Assembly: GCA_034432775.1 (NCBI GenBank)
Contig: DAOUBH010000022.1
Location: 27,170-91,169 of the forward strand
Direction: 5' to 3'
DNA length: 64,000 bases
Source of the DNA: Chloroflexota bacterium
GTDB lineage: Bacteria > Chloroflexota > Chloroflexia > DAOUBH01
Below are positions 55,772 to 64,000 of this stretch, piece after piece. Both the position numbers and the translations under genes were made by a program. The notes under the pieces are model-generated. The model was given only the letters and a program-made list of their open reading frames with translations, had not been told where the DNA came from and did no database searches. Positions within the stretch are counted from its first letter, which is position 1. Every line of letters begins with the position of its first letter.

Positions 55772-56793
55772 GATGCAAGCTCTACAAGCCTTTCAGCAAT
55801 TCTTGGCAACGGAACGACCTCGTCGGCAGCCCCAGCCTCTATGACGCTCCTCGGCATGCCGAAGACAACGCAGGTGGATTCGTCTTCCGCCAACACCTTC
55901 CCCCCTGCTCTGTGGATGGCCCTGGCCCCCTCTGCTCCGTCATTTCCCATGCCCGTCAGTACAGCAGCTACCGTCCTTCCACCGTAGTAGGATGCCAACG
56001 ATAGGAAAGTTACATCCACCGAGGGCCGAACGCCGTGGACCTTCGGTCCGCTTTCGAGGCGAACACGTCCCCTATCCACCACTAGGTGGATATCCCCCGG
56101 CGCCACGTAAACCTGCCCAGTCCGCAGCTCCTCGCCATGGGCTGCCTCCACTACTGGCAATGAAGAGGCCGCATCCAGGCGCTGGGCCAGTGCCCGTGTA
56201 AAGCCGGATGGCATATGTTGCACCACAACAACAGCGCAAGGAAGATCTCGGGGCAAGTGCGGGATCACCTCGTACAGTGCCCTTGGACCACCTGTAGAAG
56301 CTCCAATGGCTACCACGGCTTCGGCCGCGAGTCCAAGGCCGGGCGTAGACGCAAACGGTTTGCTTTCCGCCCTACGGACCGGCGTCTTATGCAGCCTGCT
56401 TCGAGCCGCGGCCTTAACTTTGGCAATGAGATCCTCGCCTAGAGTGACAATGCCCATGGCAGAACCATTCTGCGGCTTCGCTATGAAGTCCACCGCCCCC
56501 AACTCAAGAGCCCTAAGGGTCACTTCGGCACCTTCCCTGGTGTGGGAACTCAGCATAACCACAGGGGTGGGTCTATGTTCCATGATGCGTGCCAAGGCTT
56601 CCAAGCCGTCCATCACTGGCATATCCACGTCCAGAGTGACGACATCGGGCGCAAGGCTGATCACCTTTTCGACCGCCTCGGCCCCATTGGCTGCCGTATC
56701 CACCACCTGGATCTGCCGATCAGCCCCCAGGCGCCTGGATATGGCGTAGCGGATGAACGCCGAGTCGTCCACAACTAGAACCCGTACCCCCAT
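55753..56793 (-). CDS. cheB: chemotaxis response regulator protein-glutamate methylesterase CheB
   Basis: REC domain VLVVDDSAFIR then methylesterase domain IGASTGGPRAL. Confidence 0.9.
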   Translation of the reverse strand: MGVRVLVVDDSAFIRYAISRRLGADRQIQVVDTAANGAEAVEKVISLAPDVVTLDVDMPVMDGLEALARIMEHRPTPVVMLSSHTREGAEVTLRALELGAVDFIAKPQNGSAMGIVTLGEDLIAKVKAAARSRLHKTPVRRAESKPFASTPGLGLAAEAVVAIGASTGGPRALYEVIPHLPRDLPCAVVVVQHMPSGFTRALAQRLDAASSLPVVEAAHGEELRTGQVYVAPGDIHLVVDRGRVRLESGPKVHGVRPSVDVTFLSLASYYGGRTVAAVLTGMGNDGAEGARAIHRAGGKVLAEDESTCVVFGMPRSVIEAGAADEVVPLPRIAERLVELASWAVAR

Positions 56794-56795
56794 CC

Positions 56796-57152
56796 TCAGC
56801 CCACCATTTTTTTGACCGCTGCCAACACCCGCTGAGGCTCGAAGGGCTTGAGGACAAAGTCTTTCGCACCGCGCTTGAGCGCCTCGATGACCATGGCCTG
56901 CTGACCCATGGCCGTGACCATAGCGACACGCGCGGAAGGGTCAAGCTCCCTTATCGCTTTGAGAGCCTCTAAACCGTCCATATCGGGCATGGTGATGTCC
57001 ATAAGCACGGCATCGGGACGGATCTCCTGGTAGAGCTTCACAGCCTGGAGGCCATTCTCCGCCTCCACCACTTCGTAGCCGTGCTCCTTCAAAAGCCGTG
57101 AGCAACGCATCCGCATGAAGGCAGCATCGTCGACAATCATGATCCTCGCCAT
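56796..57152 (-). CDS. cheY: chemotaxis response regulator CheY
   Basis: 118-aa stand-alone REC: IMIVDDAAFMR...VLMDITMPDMDG...KDFVLKPF. Confidence 0.9.
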   Translation of the reverse strand: MARIMIVDDAAFMRMRCSRLLKEHGYEVVEAENGLQAVKLYQEIRPDAVLMDITMPDMDGLEALKAIRELDPSARVAMVTAMGQQAMVIEALKRGAKDFVLKPFEPQRVLAAVKKMVG

Positions 57153-57167
57153 AGTCCCTCCCAGATT

Positions 57168-57668
57168 TCAGATCTCCTTCGGAATTCCGTTGGCAGTCTT
57201 CACCAACATGATGCCAGTAGACGGGTCGAAACGTACGGTACGTGCGTGCCTGCCCCCTACGTCCTTACCTAGCACAGGCACGGCATTGGCATCCAACACC
57301 CGGAGGACTGCTTCTACATTGCGTTGGCCAACTTCCATCTGTTTACCCGCCAGCGGGCCAAGGTCGAGAAGTTTGGCTCCCCCTGAGAGCTTTGCCCTGA
57401 TCCCCGATGCCGGCACGCCCAGGTCCACAAGCATCTTTTTCAGGGTTTCCACCGCCACATCCGCATATTTCCCTGGCATGGATACGGGCCCTGTCCCATT
57501 GGATGGCAACAAGATATGGGCCATCCCGGCCACACCGAGCAGGGCATGGTACATCACCAGCGCCACGCAGGAACCCAGGCCGTATGCGACCAATATCTCA
57601 CCGGGCGCCTGGGCCAGCTTGACCTCACCGATGCCAACCTCTATCTGCACCGGCCTCATAGTAGACAT
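57168..57668 (-). CDS. cheD: chemoreceptor glutamine deamidase CheD
   Basis: 166 aa; LGSCVALVMY with catalytic Cys. Confidence 0.85.
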   Translation of the reverse strand: MSTMRPVQIEVGIGEVKLAQAPGEILVAYGLGSCVALVMYHALLGVAGMAHILLPSNGTGPVSMPGKYADVAVETLKKMLVDLGVPASGIRAKLSGGAKLLDLGPLAGKQMEVGQRNVEAVLRVLDANAVPVLGKDVGGRHARTVRFDPSTGIMLVKTANGIPKEI

Positions 57669-58270
57669 CGCTCCCTCATTTTGGACATCAGGTTGGCACT
57701 GGGCACCACGAGGAACACCCCAGCCATGCTTCGCTGGCCTTCGCCGAAGAGCGATCTCGCCATCAACACCCTGTCGTTGGCAATGACACCGTGGAATACC
57801 GCCTCACCCAGCATGGCCCCACTCATGTCGCATACCACTGCCGGAGGTGCGCAGGGCATACCCAAGCCCAGCATATCCGCCATATGTCCTACAAAGCTCC
57901 CGGCCATTACATTGCCCACTTCGGCCAGGGCAGATGCTTCTAGAGGGTCGAGGGCCATCATGTCGTGGCATGGCCTATCTAACAGCAGCTCGAGCAAGCT
58001 GGAGACACTGTCTGGAGGTAGAAGTAGCACGACCAAACAACTCCCTTGCCCATAAAAGAAGACATACACCCCTAAAGCAGGAGCCTCGGGGCTGCCCAGC
58101 ATATGCGACAGGTCACTCAGCGGAAGCTCCTCGAGCTTGAACTCCACCACATCGAGGTTCTTTCCGATCATGGCCGACAAAGACCCCAGCGCCCGCTGGA
58201 AAGCCCCGGCCATAAGCCTCTCGAGACTTTCGACTTCTCTGGCACCAATGAAGCCCTCATGGATCAACAT
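57656..58270 (-). CDS. cheC: CheC-like CheY-P phosphatase
   Basis: 204 aa; CheC/FliY-type ASALAEVGNVMAGS (E-x2-N) motif. Confidence 0.65.
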   Translation of the reverse strand: MLIHEGFIGAREVESLERLMAGAFQRALGSLSAMIGKNLDVVEFKLEELPLSDLSHMLGSPEAPALGVYVFFYGQGSCLVVLLLPPDSVSSLLELLLDRPCHDMMALDPLEASALAEVGNVMAGSFVGHMADMLGLGMPCAPPAVVCDMSGAMLGEAVFHGVIANDRVLMARSLFGEGQRSMAGVFLVVPSANLMSKMRERCLL

Positions 58271-60303
58271 CTAACAACCTCCATGGCCTTCGGTTCGGCA
58301 GTCATAGCGGCGGTCCTGAGGATGCTCCCAGCATCGAGGATGAGACCAACAGTTCCATCCTCCAGGATGGTAGCTCCCGAGACGCAGCTCATGTGAGTCA
58401 ATGGCACATCCAGGCTCTTAATAACTACCTCCTGGTTCCCTATCAGGGCATCCACCTTCATGGCCAGCTGGCGTCCACCTAAGTTCATCACCACAATCCA
58501 AACCTCCCTATCGCGCAGGTGTACAGTCGGCCTGCCGTGCAAGAGATCGTCCAGATCCACCAACGGGAGTGTCGCCCCGCGGTAGTCCGTTATTAGCCTG
58601 CCACCGAAGTAATGAAGGGCATCTACGGGTATCTTCATAACTTCTCGCACAGCTGTGAGAGGAATGGCGTAAGTGGTGTCCTTGGCCGACACGAGCAAAG
58701 CGTTGACTATGGCTAGGGTCAGGGGAAGTCTGAGTTCCACCTCCGTTCCCCTACCAGGCTCCGAGTGGAGCGACACCGTGCCATTCAGCCTCTCTATGTT
58801 CGATCTGACCACATCCATGCCAACACCGCGGCCAGATACCTCGGTAACTTTCGACGCTGTGGAGAACCCAGGTCTGAAGACAAGGTCCAACAGCTCATCC
58901 CTTCCCATCCTCTGGGCCATTTCCGGATTTATCAACCCCTTGACCAGTGCCGTTTTCCTCACCTGCTCTACGTCTATCCCTCGACCATCGTCCTCAACAC
59001 GGATGACGATCTGTCCCTCCTCGTGGCAGGCGACCAGCCTTATAGTGCCCCTCTCAGGCTTTCCGGCAGCCGATCTGACTTCAGGAGGCTCGATCCCGTG
59101 ATCCACGGCATTTCTCAGAAGATGTATCAGGGGATCCCCCACTCCCTCGATCACAGTGCGGTCCAGTTCAGTCTCCTGGCCTTCAATGACCAAGTCCACC
59201 TTTTTGCCACTCTTTATGGCCAGATCCCGAACCATACGAGGAAACTTGCTGAAGACGGTCCCTATAGGCACCATGCGACTCCGGGTAACTTCGAGATGCA
59301 GTTCTTCCGTAACACGTGCCATCTGCGTCGCCGCGTCCAGAAGGTCGCCCGCGGTGCCATCAGAACCCATCTCTTCTGCTATTTGAGCCCCAATACGGCT
59401 CAACCGCGTTCTCAGGATCACCAGCTCGCCCACCAAATTCATCAGGTTATCGAGCCGCTCCAGATCGATCCTGACAGTTCGTGCCAAACGCGCGGGCCTA
59501 TCAAGGTTGTCGCCACGAGGAGATATGGGCACAGCCTCATGGCCATCCGGCGCCCCTTCTCCGGCTCCCGTGTTAGCTTCGGCAGCCTTTACAGCTTCTA
59601 TCGACAACTCGTCGATCTCGTCGACCTGCTTGAGGGCCTCCCTTAAATCCTCAGGAGCAAGGTCAGTGGCTACATACATCACCAGTGCGTGGCCAACCTT
59701 CTGGGACTCGATGTCATCAAGTGAGGGAATAGAGGCTACGAGCTCGCCTCTTGCCATGGCCTCCAGGCAGAGCTGGAGTTGGCGGGCGGCGACGAAACTG
59801 CTGTCCCGGGAGACACGGGCTGCCACCTTGTAGAGCCGTCGGCCCTCCGACAGATACACTTCGATGCTGGCTCTCTCCAGGGCCGTAAGCTGATGATCCA
59901 CCCTCTTTGGAGAGCCCAACATCCTGCGAAGCGAGGCCACCAGGTCATCTGAAGAGGGTAGGGAAGTGCCTCCGACGATGGCTTCTCTCATTTCCCTCAG
60001 TTTGTCGAGAGAAGCCAGCAGACTGCTGACCACTTCGGATGTCAGTGAGAGTTGCCCTTGCCTCAGATAGTCTAAAACCTCTTCCATGGCATGGGCCAGC
60101 TGGGCCATGGGTACAACCCCTGCCAGACCAGCCGAACCCTTTAGGGTGTGGGCAGCCCTGAAGACCCGGTTAAGCAGCTCGGGTTCAATCCCCACTTCCT
60201 CCATGCGGAGGAGGTCCTCGTCGAGGGCTTGCATATGCTCGTCCAGTTCAGCTAGAAATAGGGCTAGCTCTTCAGCAGAAAGTCCTTCCATTGATACCGC
60301 CAC
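58264..60303 (-). CDS. cheA: chemotaxis histidine kinase CheA
   Basis: Hpt HTLKGSAGLAG, dimerisation and HATPase (DDGRGID, GRGVGMD) domains, C-terminal CheW-like domain; 679 aa. Confidence 0.9.
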   Translation of the reverse strand: MAVSMEGLSAEELALFLAELDEHMQALDEDLLRMEEVGIEPELLNRVFRAAHTLKGSAGLAGVVPMAQLAHAMEEVLDYLRQGQLSLTSEVVSSLLASLDKLREMREAIVGGTSLPSSDDLVASLRRMLGSPKRVDHQLTALERASIEVYLSEGRRLYKVAARVSRDSSFVAARQLQLCLEAMARGELVASIPSLDDIESQKVGHALVMYVATDLAPEDLREALKQVDEIDELSIEAVKAAEANTGAGEGAPDGHEAVPISPRGDNLDRPARLARTVRIDLERLDNLMNLVGELVILRTRLSRIGAQIAEEMGSDGTAGDLLDAATQMARVTEELHLEVTRSRMVPIGTVFSKFPRMVRDLAIKSGKKVDLVIEGQETELDRTVIEGVGDPLIHLLRNAVDHGIEPPEVRSAAGKPERGTIRLVACHEEGQIVIRVEDDGRGIDVEQVRKTALVKGLINPEMAQRMGRDELLDLVFRPGFSTASKVTEVSGRGVGMDVVRSNIERLNGTVSLHSEPGRGTEVELRLPLTLAIVNALLVSAKDTTYAIPLTAVREVMKIPVDALHYFGGRLITDYRGATLPLVDLDDLLHGRPTVHLRDREVWIVVMNLGGRQLAMKVDALIGNQEVVIKSLDVPLTHMSCVSGATILEDGTVGLILDAGSILRTAAMTAEPKAMEVVRC

Positions 60304-60330
60304 ATCGTGTTAATCTGACGTTTCGTCCCA

Positions 60331-60789
60331 TCAAGCTACTTGGGCAACAGCCAGAACCTCATCTTTCTCCGGCTGCGATAGGATACTGTCCAGGTCGGCA
60401 AAGATCACGAGTCTTTCGTCGAGACGGATAATACCCTTTAGATACCTGGTTTCCGACGTGGCCACCAGATCGGAAGGCTTCTCCACCATATCTTCCGTGA
60501 ACCGTAACACCTCCGTCACCGCGTCCACCGCCATGCCAATGGTTCTGCCGTCGAACACAATCACCATAATGCGGCCTGATGCAGCGTCTACAGATCCGGG
60601 CAGCCCCAAACGACGTCTGAGGTCGATTACAGGAACAACCTTTCCCCGCAGGTTCAAGACCCCCATCACGAAGTCCGGGCTGCCAGGAACCTGAGTTATG
60701 CGCTGCATACGTATGATTTCCTGCACTTTTGATATCTCCACCCCGTAGTGTTCCCCAGACAATGTGAAAACTACCAGCTGACCGTCCAT
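60331..60789 (-). CDS. cheW: chemotaxis coupling protein CheW
   Basis: 152 aa; LVVFTLSGEHYGVEISKVQEI...VLNLRGKVVPVIDLR. Confidence 0.9.
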   Translation of the reverse strand: MDGQLVVFTLSGEHYGVEISKVQEIIRMQRITQVPGSPDFVMGVLNLRGKVVPVIDLRRRLGLPGSVDAASGRIMVIVFDGRTIGMAVDAVTEVLRFTEDMVEKPSDLVATSETRYLKGIIRLDERLVIFADLDSILSQPEKDEVLAVAQVA

Positions 60790-60794
60790 GACCT

Positions 60795-61259
60795 CTAAGC
60801 CTCCTGTACTGCGAGATGTATCTCGAAGGTTCCAAATTCGCCTTCCAGAGGTACTACAAGCCGCCTAGGGGCCAGCGTGGAAATGCGAGTCGGACCGTTG
60901 CCGTTGACGATGGCCGGTGGCGATATCTGAAAGGGCCAACCAGACTTGGCCAACCATGTGGCAGCCCTACCCGTAATCACATTACCCAGTTCCGCTATCC
61001 CACTGAGCCCAAGTTCGTCCAGCTCGGTGACGGTCTCCCCCGACATTGCCGACAGAACCTTCAACGCAGCCTGCTTGTCTACGGTGTAGATGGCTAGCCC
61101 CTCCAATTTGCCTGTCATGCCGACCACTACGCCAACTCCATGGGAAGCGATGGGCCCTGCCTCCACCCGCGGCATACCCATACTCACATCCGACCCTGTT
61201 TCGGCCGTCAAAACTGTCTTGGCAGCATTCAAGAAGGCGTTTACCACTTCAGCCCGCAC
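60795..61259 (-). CDS. cheX: CheX/CheC-family CheY-P phosphatase
   Basis: 154 aa; LSGIAELGNVITG (E-x2-N) motif. Confidence 0.65.
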   Translation of the reverse strand: MRAEVVNAFLNAAKTVLTAETGSDVSMGMPRVEAGPIASHGVGVVVGMTGKLEGLAIYTVDKQAALKVLSAMSGETVTELDELGLSGIAELGNVITGRAATWLAKSGWPFQISPPAIVNGNGPTRISTLAPRRLVVPLEGEFGTFEIHLAVQEA

Positions 61260-61477
61260 CCGAAAAACCTCCCTAGGTCACAAGTACTCATAAGGTCGCC
61301 CGGCTCCCTGCAGTCCCATAACGTGTAGAATGTAAAATCGAAGTCTAGAGAGATCCTCGGCAGTGGGGACATCGAACCTGAGGTACAAAGCTACCGATTC
61401 GAATCGCTGGTTTTCCTAATGCCCCTCAGTACCCGTTTTAGCAGGCTTCCATAGGCTGTGCCGCCCTCTAAGGAACA

Positions 61478-62194
61478 GTGAGGTATATGGATCGACCCTG
61501 CGCCTGGGTATACATACCCCAACCCCAGATACCCGCCGTGGTCGTGGCCCGTGTGAACCGCTTCAGGGTTGAGGTGGACCTGAACGGCCTTCTGAGCGCT
61601 TACTTACCTAACAGCGGGCGAATGAGGGAGCTCATACACCCTGGTGCGTCCGTGTTCGTGTCACCTGCTCAGAGACCAGCAGCTAAGACAAGCTACGACC
61701 TGTTACTTGTCAGGCATGGAAAGGAGTTAGTTTCGGTGGATTCCCGACTCCCCAATGTTCTCATGGATAGGGCATTGAAAGCCAGCTGCCTCCCTGAATT
61801 AGGACCACTTGCCCACGTGCGGAGAGAAGTCCGGTGGAGGAACAGTCGCTTCGACTTTTCCTTCCTGCAGGATTCTCGGCCGGCTTTCCTAGAGGTAAAA
61901 TCTGTTACCAAAGTGATGGAAGGTGTAGGGCTTTTCCCGGACGCCGTGACAGCACGGGGCGATCGCCACCTCCGGGAGCTTATGGAGGCGCACCGTCAAG
62001 GTTTTAGAGCCGTGGTATTCTTTATCGTGCAACGGTCGGATGCCCAAGCCTTCGGTCCTGACTGGGCTGCCGACCCCGTATTCAGCGCGAGCCTGGTGGA
62101 AGCCCACAGCAGAGGCATCGAGATCTACGCTAGGAAATGCGACGTCTCCCTCACAGAAGTGTGTCTGGCCGACCCTCTGCCCATTATCCTTTAG
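61478..62194 (+). CDS. sfsA: sugar fermentation stimulation protein SfsA
   Basis: VNRFRVEVDL...AYLPNSGRMRELIHPGA...VDSRLPN; 238 aa. Confidence 0.8.
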   Translation: MRYMDRPCAWVYIPQPQIPAVVVARVNRFRVEVDLNGLLSAYLPNSGRMRELIHPGASVFVSPAQRPAAKTSYDLLLVRHGKELVSVDSRLPNVLMDRALKASCLPELGPLAHVRREVRWRNSRFDFSFLQDSRPAFLEVKSVTKVMEGVGLFPDAVTARGDRHLRELMEAHRQGFRAVVFFIVQRSDAQAFGPDWAADPVFSASLVEAHSRGIEIYARKCDVSLTEVCLADPLPIIL

Positions 62195-62203
62195 GAGGAA
62201 CGT

Positions 62204-63223
62204 GTGCCTTCTGAGATACTCGCCCGGGTAACTAGAGACAGCACAGTAGAGAGTCTGCACCGGGGATCCCTGGTGATTGCCGACCCCCACGGAAATCTTT
62301 GGGGCCACCTCGGTAATCCAGACAGCGCCCTGTTTCTGAGATCGGCCACAGCGCCTTTCGTAGCTATGCTACTGGTGGAAAGCGGCGCGGCTGACGCCCT
62401 CCAACTCGATGACCGGGAGTTAGCCCTGGTAGCAGGTGCTCACAATGGGGAACCAAAGCATATCGAGACCCTGAGGGAGCTCCTCCACAAAGCTCAAGTT
62501 AGTGAGGAGATACTGGCTTGCACGCCAGCTCTACCCTTGCACGGTCCAACGGCCCTAAGGCTCGCGTGCCAGGGCGAACTACCCAGACCCTTGTACTCCC
62601 CGTGCTCCGGCAAGCACGCTGGCATGCTCGCCCTCTGTAACTTTTATGGGTGGCCCACCGCTGGCTACTTGTACCCGGAGCACCCGTTGCAACAACTCCT
62701 TCTCGCCACGTACGCACAATTGCTTGATGTGCCACCTGAGCGCTTATTTACCGCTCCTGGAAACTGCGGAGCCCCAAGTCCCTACACACCTCTGACAGCT
62801 GTTGCCGCCGCCTATGCCAAACTGGCCTCGGCGAGACCAAATCGCAGCGTAAGCCTGTACCGCATTGCCACTGCCATGCAGGCTCATCCGGACATGGTGG
62901 CAGGAAGCGGAAGATTCGACACCGATTTGATGGAGCTATCCCAGGGCCGGATCCTCAGCCGACAGGCCGGTGAAGGGCTACAATGTTTCGCCCTTGTGGA
63001 AAAGGGTCTGGGGATAGCTCTGAAGGTTGAAGACGGGTCCCACAGACCGGTAGCCCAGATTGCACGATCTGTCCTGAAGAACCTGGGGCTGATGGACGAC
63101 CAAGCCCTGACCACCCTCCTGGAGCGCCATTCTCCCCCTGGAAGCTTCTACGGAGAACGCAGCGTGAGCCATGTTACGGCCGAGATCAACCTCAAGTGGA
63201 CACCTCCCCACGAGATATCGTAA
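62204..63223 (+). CDS. asparaginase II-family (PF06089-like) protein
   Basis: 339 aa with CSGKHAGM motif; assignment from memory of the family signature. Confidence 0.5.
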   Translation: MPSEILARVTRDSTVESLHRGSLVIADPHGNLWGHLGNPDSALFLRSATAPFVAMLLVESGAADALQLDDRELALVAGAHNGEPKHIETLRELLHKAQVSEEILACTPALPLHGPTALRLACQGELPRPLYSPCSGKHAGMLALCNFYGWPTAGYLYPEHPLQQLLLATYAQLLDVPPERLFTAPGNCGAPSPYTPLTAVAAAYAKLASARPNRSVSLYRIATAMQAHPDMVAGSGRFDTDLMELSQGRILSRQAGEGLQCFALVEKGLGIALKVEDGSHRPVAQIARSVLKNLGLMDDQALTTLLERHSPPGSFYGERSVSHVTAEINLKWTPPHEIS

Positions 63224-64000
63224 TGCCCCATTGGAGCAGAGAACGGCGCTCGATGTAACCCAGTATAAATGCCCCAAAGGTGATGGCAAGGCTCACCACA
63301 GAGACGGCCACATTTACCACCGGTACCACAGAGACCACAGTCAGAACTACTACGCCCAGCAGGAGTTCGGCCAACATCCGCAGCCTTCGGCTGGACGGTC
63401 CCTCGACTCTTAGAAGCCGGAGGATGCCAGCCCCCACCGCCATACCGACCACAACGTTGCCGAGGGATAGGACAAAGGCCAACACTCCAGTAAGCGCGAC
63501 GGGCGCTACAACGCCACCTATTATCAGCGTAAGGACGAACAGGACCAGAAGCATAATTGGCGCTATCAGCAGGGCGAGTATTCCAAGCCCGAAGGCCGCC
63601 AGAAGGCGCCGAAGCGCTAACTCTGCCACACCGGTTATAGCAGCAGGAAACAGCAGCACCAGGAGAAGACCCAACAGTAACGGGCCGACCATGGACCTCA
63701 ATCTATCCAGCACTACAGCGCCGACGGTCGGCTGAGTGGCTGGCCCGCCTTCGGGCGGAGGGACCCTCTCGATACCCCCGGCCAGACGTGCTCCAGGGTC
63801 TACCCTGGCGTCGCTCTTAGCAGAGTAGGTGATCTTGCCGCCCACTTGGGCCCCAGATCCAATCTCCAGCCTTTCCACATCGGCCCGTACAGGGCCTTGA
63901 ATTCTCCCTGAGATAGCAAGGCTCTGGCCGCTAGCAAGCACGTCCCTCCCCACCATGCCGTCGATGCCCAGGGTTCCTCCAGCGACTATGACATCTCTGC
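63192..64000 (-). CDS. bactofilin-like (polymer-forming cytoskeletal repeat) membrane protein, N-terminus beyond window edge
   Basis: Frame stays open to position 64000; beta-helix repeats DVIVAGGTLGIDGMVGRDVLASGQSLAISGRIQGPVRADVERLEIGSGAQVGGKI then several TM helices. Confidence 0.45.
   Translation of the reverse strand, partial: RDVIVAGGTLGIDGMVGRDVLASGQSLAISGRIQGPVRADVERLEIGSGAQVGGKITYSAKSDARVDPGARLAGGIERVPPPEGGPATQPTVGAVVLDRLRSMVGPLLLGLLLVLLFPAAITGVAELALRRLLAAFGLGILALLIAPIMLLVLFVLTLIIGGVVAPVALTGVLAFVLSLGNVVVGMAVGAGILRLLRVEGPSSRRLRMLAELLLGVVVLTVVSVVPVVNVAVSVVSLAITFGAFILGYIERRSLLQWGITISRGEVST

Noticed and set aside
58765-59646. 293-aa plus-strand ORF
   Set aside because: Antisense to cheA.
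61380-61430. gattcgaatc motif resembling a tRNA T-loop
   Set aside because: Self-palindrome only; no tRNA stems around it.

Overview
Gene-dense 64 kb chromosomal segment from a moderately high-GC bacterium; gene content (F420-type LLM enzyme, PASTA-bearing class A PBP, Bacillus/Thermotoga-style che genes) is compatible with a Chloroflexi/Actinobacteria-like lineage, but that is inference only. All calls come from reading the six-frame translations and the DNA; no database search was run. Housekeeping content: rhomboid protease, class A PBP, glyA, eno, gpmI, aroC/aroA, a five-gene peptide-type ABC importer with two binding proteins, NfeD-stomatin pair, parA-parB, plsX, gyrB, tsaE-tsaB-rimI-tsaD, ybaB, sfsA. 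Accessory or unusual content: (1) a DsbA-family gene whose CxxC first cysteine is an in-frame UGA, a candidate selenoprotein; (2) a lower-GC three-gene molybdopterin oxidoreductase cassette (catalytic subunit without Tat signal, ferredoxin subunit, membrane anchor) flanked by two ~690 bp non-coding stretches; (3) a YqeC-MocA fusion pointing to selenium-dependent molybdenum hydroxylase maturation; (4) a tightly coupled operon of NitT/TauT-type ABC transporter, amidohydrolase, frameshifted F420-type LLM oxidoreductase and three tandem RidA paralogs; (5) a chemotaxis operon (cheX-W-A-C-D-Y-B-R) with a lone fliG beside it; (6) a secreted-protein locus interrupted by a frameshift and an in-frame amber codon. 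No rRNA, tRNA, CRISPR array or transposase was recognised. Many long antisense ORFs in the track are shadow ORFs typical of GC-rich DNA and are not reported as genes.
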